NCBI GenBank assembly: GCA_028818775.1
Contig: JAPPNE010000054.1
Span: 9,136 to 73,135 of the forward strand
Length of the DNA stretch: 64,000 bases
Direction of reading: 5' to 3'
DNA from: Deltaproteobacteria bacterium
Lineage (GTDB): Bacteria > Desulfobacterota > Binatia > UBA9968 > JAJDTQ01
A model generated the notes under the pieces. That model had not been told where the DNA came from, made no database searches, and saw only the letters and a list, made by a program, of their open reading frames with translations. Made by a program: the position numbers and the translations under genes. This document shows, one piece after another, positions 49,345-57,245 of this stretch (positions are counted from its first letter, which is position 1; each line of letters begins with the position of its first letter).

Positions 49345-49442
49345 GGCCATTCTCCGGACTGTGCATAACGTATGGAATTCTAAGGGTATTGCGTGGTAAA
49401 CTCCAACGCATCCAAACGTGCGCGGATCACGGAGGCCCTATC

Positions 49443-50552
49443 ATGGCAGCACGCGCCATCAGTTCCGGGACAATTTCCTTCGGCTTGGTATCGATCCCCA
49501 TCAAGCTCTACACCGCGGCGTCGTCCGGCGGCATCGCGTTCAACTTCCTGCACAACAAGTGCGGATCGCGCATGAAGCAGCAGCAGTTCTGCCCGGTGTG
49601 CGAGGAGGTGGTGCAACGTTCGGACCTGGTGCGCGGCTACGAGTTCACCAAGAACCAGTACGTGCGCTTCGAGAACGACGAGCTCAAGGCCCTCGAGGAA
49701 GAGACCTCCAAGGTCATCGAGCTGGAAGAGTTCGTGCCGCTGGCAAAGGTCGACCCGGTCTACTTCGAGAAGACCTACTACCTCGGCCCCGACAAGGGCG
49801 GCGACAAGCCCTACCGCCTGCTGGCCGACGCCATGGCTGAGTCCAACCACGTGGCGCTCGCCAAGTACGTGATGCGCGGCAAGGAGGGGCTGGTGCTGAT
49901 CCGCGCGGTGCGGGGCGGGCTCATGCTGCACACCATGTATTACGCGGACGAGGTGCGCGACTTCGACGAGATCGACCGGGGCCAGACGGTGCAGATCAAG
50001 GACGGCGAGCGGGATCTGGCGGTGCGCCTCATCAACGAACTGGTGCGCAAGGAGTTCCATCCGGAGAACTACCACGACGAGTACAAGGAACGGGTGCTGC
50101 GCCTGGTGGAGCAGAAGGTGGAGGGGAAGGAAGTCACGGCGCTGGAGCCGCAGGTGCGCCAGAGCCAGGTGGTGGACCTGATGGAAGCCCTCAAAGCGAG
50201 CCTGGAGCAGCACGACGGTGCGGCCAAGTCCAAGGCCAGGCCGGCGCGCGCGGCCGCGCGGACGCCCAAGGCGCCGGCGGCGGAGGCCGGAATCACTTTC
50301 GAGGAGTTCCAGACGGCGGTGGGCGAGTCCGGTCTGGAGGTGGGGGCCGCCGAGTTGAAACGCAGCTTCAACGGTCTCGCATCCCTCAAGAAGCGCAAGA
50401 AGCTTGCCGCCGGCGACGTGCGCGCCAAGGTGGTGAACCTGCGCAAGGACCTGGAGGTCGTCCGCTCCGACCCGGACCTCTTCGGCAGCGCGCCCAAGAA
50501 GCTCAAGGCCGCCCGCATCCCTCTGACCGGGCGCGACTGGGAACGCTACTGA
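49443..50552 (+). CDS. ku: NHEJ Ku protein with extra C-terminal domain
   Basis: SGTISFGLVSIPIKLY, VRGYE, YFEKTYYLGP, VVDLMEALKASL, then a basic linker and ~85 extra residues; GGAGG SD. Confidence 0.96.
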   Translation: MAARAISSGTISFGLVSIPIKLYTAASSGGIAFNFLHNKCGSRMKQQQFCPVCEEVVQRSDLVRGYEFTKNQYVRFENDELKALEEETSKVIELEEFVPLAKVDPVYFEKTYYLGPDKGGDKPYRLLADAMAESNHVALAKYVMRGKEGLVLIRAVRGGLMLHTMYYADEVRDFDEIDRGQTVQIKDGERDLAVRLINELVRKEFHPENYHDEYKERVLRLVEQKVEGKEVTALEPQVRQSQVVDLMEALKASLEQHDGAAKSKARPARAAARTPKAPAAEAGITFEEFQTAVGESGLEVGAAELKRSFNGLASLKKRKKLAAGDVRAKVVNLRKDLEVVRSDPDLFGSAPKKLKAARIPLTGRDWERY

Positions 50553-50586
50553 CGGGCCGCGCGCCGTCCGGCCCGCACTCGCCCAC

Positions 50587-51399
50587 ATGAGCGCCGAGAC
50601 CAAAGGCCGGGCGCACCCTGTCCTGGAGGCGGCCCGCCGGCTTCTCGATGACTGCGCCATCGAGCGCGCGCCGGTGGACTTGGTGCGCCTGGCGCGGCAC
50701 GTGGGCATCGGACGCATACGCGAACTGGACATTCGACTGGACGGCCAACTCCTGGAACACGGGGACGGCGACTACGAGGTCATCCTCAGCCGCAACGCGC
50801 CCCATACGCGCCGGCGCTTCACCCTGGCCCACGAAATCGGCCACATTCTCGTTGCCGATCACGAGAACGGCTCCATGAGCTGCGGCGACGGCCCCACCGA
50901 GGAGCTGTGCAACCGGGTGGCGGCGGAGTTGCTCATGCCCGACCGTTTCGTGCACGCGGCGATCACGGCGGACATGGACGTGTCGGGCTTCCGGCGATTG
51001 GCCACTCAGTTCCAGTGCTCCTTGGAGGCCACTGGCTGGCGCGTGCTCAATCTGGGGAAGATCACGGGCGCGTTGCTGGTCTGGCGGCAGCAGGACGGCG
51101 GCGGCCTGGAGTTGACCGCCGCGCCGCGCACGTTCGGCTTCGACCTTCCGTTCGACCCCGGCCATGTCCTTGAAGGCAACCTGCCGTTCGTGCGACAGTT
51201 GGCGCAACGAAGCGACGGGCCGCTCACCTACACGCATCCGGCGAGCGGGAAGCTCTACCGTGGCGACTATGTCCATTTGAACAAGGTGCTGTTGATGTTC
51301 TTCAAGACAGCAGGGGCCGCCGTCTCGAACCGCCGGCGGCGGGCGGCCGCGGCACCGGAGCAACGCGAGTTGTTCGGCCCGCGGGAGGTGGGTGAGTAG
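50587..51399 (+). CDS. ImmA/IrrE family (DUF955) Zn metallopeptidase
   Basis: APVDL, RRRFTLAHEIGH, EELCNRVAAELLMP, HTH-like LATQFQCSLEAT, further C-terminal domain. Confidence 0.9.
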   Translation: MSAETKGRAHPVLEAARRLLDDCAIERAPVDLVRLARHVGIGRIRELDIRLDGQLLEHGDGDYEVILSRNAPHTRRRFTLAHEIGHILVADHENGSMSCGDGPTEELCNRVAAELLMPDRFVHAAITADMDVSGFRRLATQFQCSLEATGWRVLNLGKITGALLVWRQQDGGGLELTAAPRTFGFDLPFDPGHVLEGNLPFVRQLAQRSDGPLTYTHPASGKLYRGDYVHLNKVLLMFFKTAGAAVSNRRRRAAAAPEQRELFGPREVGE

Positions 51400-51497
51400 C
51401 GTCCTTCGACTTCGCGCCGCTGACGCAGCGCTACGCTCAGGACGAACGGAGTTATTCCCGTTCGTCCTGAGCGTAGCGAAGCGAAGTCGAAGGACGC
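51399..51497. repeat. REP/MITE-like long inverted repeat
   Basis: Perfect 17-bp outer arms (51399-51415 / 51481-51497) and perfect 20-bp inner arms (51430-51449 / 51458-51477). Confidence 0.9.
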
Positions 51498-51536
51498 GAT
51501 TTTCCCACGGAAAAGCCGTACGGAGAAGGAGTTGTC

Positions 51537-52049
51537 ATGAAGCCAATGGAGACCATCGATCTCACGGCTCTGATGGAGAAGACCGAAGCCGAGGGCAACG
51601 GCCGCACGGTGGTGTGGCAGGACTCGGAGTCCATCGCGTTCCTGAGCAGCGGGCGCAAGCGCCGCATGGACTTCCACGTGGACCCGAGCGACGAGGTGAC
51701 GCTGGTGCTGAAAGGTGAACAGCGCCTCCATTGCCTCACCGGTGACGGCGAGGAAAAGGTCGTGACCATGGGTGCGGGGCAGATGACCCTGTGTCCGGGC
51801 GGCGTGCCGCATTCGCCGCGCGTCGACCCGGGGACTTGGTTCCTCGTTTTCGAGCGGGTGCGCAAGCCGGGCGAGCAGGACCGGTTCATGTGGTTCTGCG
51901 AGAGCTGCGGCAAGAAGGTGTACGAGGTGGACGTCACCGTGGGGAACTACAGCGACGACCCCGTGGGGCAGGTTCACCGGGAGTTCTACGGAGACGACAA
52001 GCTTCGTACCTGCGGTGACTGCGGCAGCGTCGTTCCCAAGCCGGAGTAG
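51537..52049 (+). CDS. 3-hydroxyanthranilate 3,4-dioxygenase-like cupin with rubredoxin-type site
   Basis: VWQDSE, RMDFHVDPSDE, PHSPR, FERVR, CESC...RTCGDC. Confidence 0.8.
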   Translation: MKPMETIDLTALMEKTEAEGNGRTVVWQDSESIAFLSSGRKRRMDFHVDPSDEVTLVLKGEQRLHCLTGDGEEKVVTMGAGQMTLCPGGVPHSPRVDPGTWFLVFERVRKPGEQDRFMWFCESCGKKVYEVDVTVGNYSDDPVGQVHREFYGDDKLRTCGDCGSVVPKPE

Positions 52050-52109
52050 GCGCGCAAAAGGGCAGGGACGGCGGCACGCAACGGAACGGCATATTCCCGG
52101 GACGCACGC

Positions 52110-52871
52110 ATGATGGATTACGGCAAGGCATTGGAACGGCTGGCCGAGGGCTATGGCAAGGCCGAACGGGAAGTCGTCGCCAGCTACTTCGGCACACCGC
52201 ACGCGCCCGAAGACCACATCCCGTGGCTCAAGGCCCAGGCCTTCAAGGAATACTCGGCCATCCAGCCGCTGGTGCATGCCCTCGATAAGCTCTACCCGCA
52301 GCTCGACCGGCAGGTGGACCGCCACGACTACGAAGAGCTGTGCCACAAGCTCGGCGACGAGATGAGCCACGCCCGGCTGATCATGGATTTCCTGGAGGAG
52401 TTGACCGGGAAGCGGCTGACGCAGAAGGACCTGACGTGGCTGCCGGAGGACCGCAATCTCGCCGAGGTGCGGGCGCGCTACTCGCGCAGCTACGCCGGGC
52501 TGCTGCACGGCTCCGAGCGCATCACCACGAGTGAGATCCAGCGGCGCGACGAGGCCCTGGAGCGCGCCGCCATCACCCTGACCGAGGGAGGCGGGGGCGC
52601 CCTGTACGAGGTGTGCCGCCACCTCAAGGGGAACCGCACCAACCGACGCATCGCGTCCATCTTCGGACACATCCATCGCGACGAGACCAAGCACAGCGAC
52701 GCCAACGAGCTGGAGGTGCTGGTCAAGACCCGCAAGCATCACGACCGCGCCCGGCGCATCATCGCGGACGTGTCATCCCAGCGTCTGCGCATGCGCAACG
52801 AGCAGTTCGGGTTCCCACTGAATCGTGGCGAGCTGCGCACGCTGGAGCGGGAGTGTACACGGGCGGCCTAG
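52110..52871 (+). CDS. Ferritin-like (di-iron carboxylate) protein
   Basis: Helical; ligand pattern KEYS ... DEMSH ... TEGGG ... DETKH. Confidence 0.65.
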   Translation: MMDYGKALERLAEGYGKAEREVVASYFGTPHAPEDHIPWLKAQAFKEYSAIQPLVHALDKLYPQLDRQVDRHDYEELCHKLGDEMSHARLIMDFLEELTGKRLTQKDLTWLPEDRNLAEVRARYSRSYAGLLHGSERITTSEIQRRDEALERAAITLTEGGGGALYEVCRHLKGNRTNRRIASIFGHIHRDETKHSDANELEVLVKTRKHHDRARRIIADVSSQRLRMRNEQFGFPLNRGELRTLERECTRAA

Positions 52872-52938
52872 CCGGGAGTGTAGGGCGCAAGGCAGGGTGG
52901 GCCTGACCCGGCCCGCGCAAATCAACCAGGAGGTTACC

Positions 52939-54057
52939 GTGAACACGGATGCAATGCCGGTCATCGACATGGACTCGCACGTCGAGGAACCCAAGGAGGC
53001 CTGGGAGCACCTCGACTCGAAATACGCGGATCGGAAACCCTTTCCGGTGGTGGCCAAGGACCTGCCGGTGTTGGGCGGCATCAACGCCTTCTGGTACATC
53101 GACGGCACCGTTTACCCCAAGCCCGTGGGCCGGGGAAACCTCGTGTACGGCACGCCGATCGAGATGCGCTTTGCCACCCAGAAGGAGTTTACCATCGGCT
53201 CCCAGACCATGACCGACATCCCCGCGCGCCTCAAGGACATGGACGCGGTGGGCATCGACGTCCAGGTGGTGTTCTCCACGGTCTTTCTCCAACCGGTCAC
53301 CGACGACCTCCTGTTCGAGGCCGCGCTCATGCGCAGCTACAACACCTGGATGGCGTCGGCCTGCGCGGAAGCCCCGGACCGCATGAAGTGGGGCGCCATC
53401 CTGCCCATGCGGGACCCGCGACTGGCCCTGGACGAGCTCGAACACAGCCTGAAGCTGGGCGCCTCGGTAGCGGGGATCTACGGCACCGTGGGCGAGACCA
53501 TGCTGCACGACCGCTACTACGATGACTTCTTCGCCGAGGTGGAGCGGTTGGGCGTGCCGCTGGCCATCCATGCCGGCTGGAGCCATCCAGGCATCACCCG
53601 CAGCATGGATGACGTCTCGGGCTCCCGCGCCATCGGCTTTACCCTCCCCGTGATGATGGGATTCTACAGCTTCCTGGGCGGCGGCATCCTGGAACGGCAC
53701 CCGCGCCTCCGGGTCGCGTTCATGGAGATCGGCGTGCAGTGGGTGCCCTATCTGGTGCAGCGGATCGACCACTACCACTACGCGGACGGTGCCTTGGGAA
53801 TGCCGCTGCCCGTCAAGCAGCCGGTGTCCGAGACCCTCAAGCAGAGCGACGTGTACTTCACCCCGGAAGCGGACGAGATCTACCTGCCTCAGGTGGCCGA
53901 GTACATCGGCGAGGACCGGCTGCTGTTCGAGGGCGACATGCCCCACGCCGAGGCCCGGGAAGGCGCCAAGCAGGAGATCCTGGAAAGGGACGACATCTCG
54001 GAAGAGCTAAAGTGGAAGATCCTGAGCGTCAACGGCAAGCGCTTCCTCAACCTGTGA
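52939..54057 (+). CDS. Amidohydrolase_2 family protein (decarboxylase/hydratase-like)
   Basis: IDMDSHVEEP, LAIHAG, FMEIGVQW, EGDMPHAE; AGGAGG before GTG. Confidence 0.88.
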   Translation: MNTDAMPVIDMDSHVEEPKEAWEHLDSKYADRKPFPVVAKDLPVLGGINAFWYIDGTVYPKPVGRGNLVYGTPIEMRFATQKEFTIGSQTMTDIPARLKDMDAVGIDVQVVFSTVFLQPVTDDLLFEAALMRSYNTWMASACAEAPDRMKWGAILPMRDPRLALDELEHSLKLGASVAGIYGTVGETMLHDRYYDDFFAEVERLGVPLAIHAGWSHPGITRSMDDVSGSRAIGFTLPVMMGFYSFLGGGILERHPRLRVAFMEIGVQWVPYLVQRIDHYHYADGALGMPLPVKQPVSETLKQSDVYFTPEADEIYLPQVAEYIGEDRLLFEGDMPHAEAREGAKQEILERDDISEELKWKILSVNGKRFLNL

Positions 54058-54068
54058 CGGATACCCGC

Positions 54069-54260
54069 ATGACCCCCGAGGCGCTGGCCGACAAGATTCT
54101 GGAGCGGCTGAAGGACGGCCCGCTCCACTTCGAGGACATCCTGCTGCAGTTCCCGGAGGCGCCCTACCGGGTGGTGCTCCAGGCCTGGGGCCGTCTGCGC
54201 GAAGCAGGCTCGCTCGGGCGCGAGATCGAGACCGGGAAATATGTAGCCAACGAGGACTGA
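54069..54260 (+). CDS. Small hypothetical protein, winged-helix-like
   Basis: 63 aa, MTPEALADKILERLKDGPLHFEDI...WGRLREAG; tightly spaced (11 and 2 bp gaps) in the operon. Confidence 0.6.
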   Translation: MTPEALADKILERLKDGPLHFEDILLQFPEAPYRVVLQAWGRLREAGSLGREIETGKYVANED

Positions 54261-54262
54261 CT

Positions 54263-55027
54263 ATGGCTCAAGACTTCGACGGCAAGGTCATCATCGTTAC
54301 CGGCGGCGCCCGCGGCATCGGCCAGGTGTACTCCCAGGAGCTGGCCAAGGCCGGCGCCAGGGTGGTGGTATCGGACATCCTGGACGGCGAGCCCTGCGCC
54401 TCCGGGATACGCGAGGACGGCGACGAAGCCTTCTTCGTCAAGGCCGACGTCACCAGCGAGGACAGCGTCAAGGAGCTGGCCGGGGCGGCCCACGACCGCT
54501 ACGGCCGCATCGACGGGCTGGTGAACAACGCGGCGATATTCGCCGACGTCCGCTACGCGCCGTTCGACGAGATCAGCGTGGCCGAGTGGGACCAGGTGAT
54601 GGACGTGAACGTCAAGGGCGTGTGGCTGGCGTCGCGGGCGGTGTACCCGTACATGAAGGAGCAGGGCTCCGGCAAGATCGTCAACATCGCCTCCGGCGTG
54701 CCCTTCAAGGGCATTCCGGTCTACGTCCACTACACGGTGTCCAAGGGAGCGGTGGTGGCGCTCACACGCGTGCTCGCGCGGGGCACCGGCAAGGACGGCA
54801 TCTGCGTCAACGCCGTGGCCCCGGGCCTCACCCGCAGCGAGAGCCTGCTGGCGATGCGCGGCGGGCTGGTGGACGAGGACGACGTGCCGCAGATCCAGAG
54901 CCGCGCCATCCCCCGGAGCCAATACCCCGAGGACATCGTCGGCGCCGTCATGTTCTTCCTCTCGGACGCCGCCAACTTCATCACCGGACAGACGCTGCTG
55001 GTGGACGGCGGCTCCTACATGCACTGA
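54263..55027 (+). CDS. SDR family oxidoreductase
   Basis: TGGARGIG, NNAA, YTVSK, NAVAPG. Confidence 0.92.
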   Translation: MAQDFDGKVIIVTGGARGIGQVYSQELAKAGARVVVSDILDGEPCASGIREDGDEAFFVKADVTSEDSVKELAGAAHDRYGRIDGLVNNAAIFADVRYAPFDEISVAEWDQVMDVNVKGVWLASRAVYPYMKEQGSGKIVNIASGVPFKGIPVYVHYTVSKGAVVALTRVLARGTGKDGICVNAVAPGLTRSESLLAMRGGLVDEDDVPQIQSRAIPRSQYPEDIVGAVMFFLSDAANFITGQTLLVDGGSYMH

Positions 55028-55034
55028 GATTGCC

Positions 55035-56402
55035 ATGAGCCAAGCGGACAGATTGCCGTACCGCGACATGCGCGGCCTGGTGGCGCTGCTGGAAGCCGAG
55101 GGACAGCTCCGGCGCATCACCAAGCCGGTGGAAGCCCGCTATCTCAACACACTGCTGGCTCAGGCCGACACCGCGCTCCTCATGGAAAACGTCGAGGGCT
55201 ACTCCATGCCCGTGGTGGGCGGGCTGGTGGGTTCCCGCCAGCGGGTGGCGCTGGGGCTGGGCTGCGACCAGAGGACCCTCGGGCGCACCTTCATGGACGC
55301 CCTGGACAATCCCATCGCGGCCGAGGTGGTGGCCGAGGGCACGGCCCAGGAAGTGGTCAAGACCGGTGACGAGATAGACCTCACCGAGTTGCCGATACCA
55401 TTCCAGCACCGGAAGGACGGCGGCCCCTACCTTTCGGCGGGCATCTCGGTCTCAAAGGACGACGCCGGACGGCGCAACGCCGGCTGCTACCGGCTCATGT
55501 ACCGCACGCCGCGGGAGACCAGCATCGACCTGGTGTCGCCGTCGGACATGCGCTTCAGCTACGAGGCCGCCCTCAAGCGCAACGAGCCGCTGCCCCTGGC
55601 CGTCGCCTTCGGCACCGGCACTCCGGAGCTCATCGCCGCCGCCTACAAGGCTCCGCCGGGCTACGACGAGTTCGCCGTGGCGGGCGCGCTGTACGGGCGG
55701 CCGGTTCCCCTGGTCAAGTGCAAGACCGTGGACCTGGAGGTGCCCGCCGACGCCGAGCTCGTCCTGGAAGGGGAGATCTCAACCGATGGCTGGACCATCG
55801 ACGAGGGGCGCTACGGCGACTTCACCGGACACCAGTGCTCGATCCGCTGGAACCCGGTGTTCAAGGTGAAGGCGGTGACCCACCGCAGGAACCCGATCCT
55901 CCACACCATCCTGATGCCGTGGGAGAACGACTGGCTGGAGGCGCCGCCGCTGGAGGCCGCGGGATGGCGCGCGCTGCGCGAGGCCAGCATCAAGACCGTG
56001 GCGGTCTACGCCACCCCCGGAAGCGCCTGTTACTGGCACCTCTACGCTTCCATCGACAAGCGCCCGGGCGAAGGCAAGAACGCCCTGATGGCGCTGATGT
56101 CGCTGCACGCCCTCAAGCTCGTGGTGGTCACCGACGGCGACGTCGAGCTCACCGACCCCATGGCGGTGGAGCGCGCCATGGCCTTCCGGGTCCAGCCCGA
56201 CGAGGACGTCATCATCGTCTCCGGCGCCCGCGGCAAGCACCTCGACCCCACCCTCAAAGCCTCCCGGCTGCCCAAGGGCGCCCTCCCCACCACCTCCAAG
56301 ATGGGCATCGACGCCACCATCCCCGACGACGTCGACCCGGCGGAGTACGAGCTGCTGGAGTATCCCTTCATGGACGAGGTCAAGCTGGAAGACTACTTCT
56401 AA
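55035..56402 (+). CDS. UbiD family prFMN-dependent (de)carboxylase
   Basis: KDGGPYLSAG, NAGCYR, VPADAELVLEG, EGRYGDFTGH, SKMGIDAT. Confidence 0.92.
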   Translation: MSQADRLPYRDMRGLVALLEAEGQLRRITKPVEARYLNTLLAQADTALLMENVEGYSMPVVGGLVGSRQRVALGLGCDQRTLGRTFMDALDNPIAAEVVAEGTAQEVVKTGDEIDLTELPIPFQHRKDGGPYLSAGISVSKDDAGRRNAGCYRLMYRTPRETSIDLVSPSDMRFSYEAALKRNEPLPLAVAFGTGTPELIAAAYKAPPGYDEFAVAGALYGRPVPLVKCKTVDLEVPADAELVLEGEISTDGWTIDEGRYGDFTGHQCSIRWNPVFKVKAVTHRRNPILHTILMPWENDWLEAPPLEAAGWRALREASIKTVAVYATPGSACYWHLYASIDKRPGEGKNALMALMSLHALKLVVVTDGDVELTDPMAVERAMAFRVQPDEDVIIVSGARGKHLDPTLKASRLPKGALPTTSKMGIDATIPDDVDPAEYELLEYPFMDEVKLEDYF

Positions 56403-56453
56403 CACCTGCGTGGCAGCGTTAAGGAATCCCATCGGGACGCCGATTCCGTCTAT

Positions 56454-57245
56454 GTGGACAAGGCAGATTCGCGTGACCCCGGGTGGCCGGCAAGATGGGT
56501 CCGGCAGGTGTTCGAGGCGGTCCTGGACGTTGTCTTCCCACCCTGTTGCATTGCCTGCGAGGCGTGGCTCCCGGCCAACTCACCCGGCGCGTTTTGCCCT
56601 TTGTGCCATGACAGAATCCAATTGGTCCGGCCGCCGTTCTGTCCGCACTGCGGTCGACCGTATCTGCACGATTGGCAGGCCGACCACCTGTGCGGCGGCT
56701 GCCTGTTGCAGCCGCCGGCCTTTTCCATGGCTCGAAGCTGGGGCTGCTATCCGCGGGAATCGGATGTGACGCACCCACTGCGACAGGTGATCCACCGGTT
56801 CAAGTACGGCCGGCAGGCGTCTCTGGGGAAGCCCCTGGGGCGGCTCATGGCGCAGGCGTGCCAGCCGCCGTGGGAACCGGCTTCCAGGTTCGATCTCATC
56901 ATTCCGGTGCCGTTGCATCCACGGCGGCTGCGCTGGCGCGGCTTCAACCAGTCCGTCCTGTTGGGGCGGGAAGTAGGCCGCGCGTGGGGTATCTCCATCG
57001 ATCCCTTCATCCTGACGCGAAAGACGGAGACGGCACCACAGAGCACGTTGAGTCTCCGGGAACGCGGGCCGAACGTAAGAAGCGCCTTCGCCATCGCACC
57101 AGGCCGTGCCGTCGCGCGGATGGGTGTCTTGCTGGTGGACGACATCTACACCTCCGGAGCCACCCTCAACGAGTGCACACGGGTGCTGTTGCGCGCGGGC
57201 GCGGGTGAGGTGCGGGCGCTCACCCTGGCGCGGACGGTTTCCTGA
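56454..57245 (+). CDS. comF: ComF family protein (double Zn ribbon + PRTase)
   Basis: VFPPCCIAC..CPLC..CPHC..CGGC, IHRFKY, PVPLH...RGFNQS, LLVDDIYTSGATL. Confidence 0.92.
   Translation: MDKADSRDPGWPARWVRQVFEAVLDVVFPPCCIACEAWLPANSPGAFCPLCHDRIQLVRPPFCPHCGRPYLHDWQADHLCGGCLLQPPAFSMARSWGCYPRESDVTHPLRQVIHRFKYGRQASLGKPLGRLMAQACQPPWEPASRFDLIIPVPLHPRRLRWRGFNQSVLLGREVGRAWGISIDPFILTRKTETAPQSTLSLRERGPNVRSAFAIAPGRAVARMGVLLVDDIYTSGATLNECTRVLLRAGAGEVRALTLARTVS

Noticed and set aside
49364-49374. CATA-acg-TATG palindrome between ligD and ku as a DdrO (RDRM) or LexA operator
   Set aside because: Only 4-bp arms and no match to operator consensus sequences I can recall; too weak without comparative data.
50587-51399. 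IrrE/ImmA gene as part of a prophage, ICE or CBASS/defence island
   Set aside because: No integrase, XRE repressor, nucleotidyltransferase or effector gene is adjacent.
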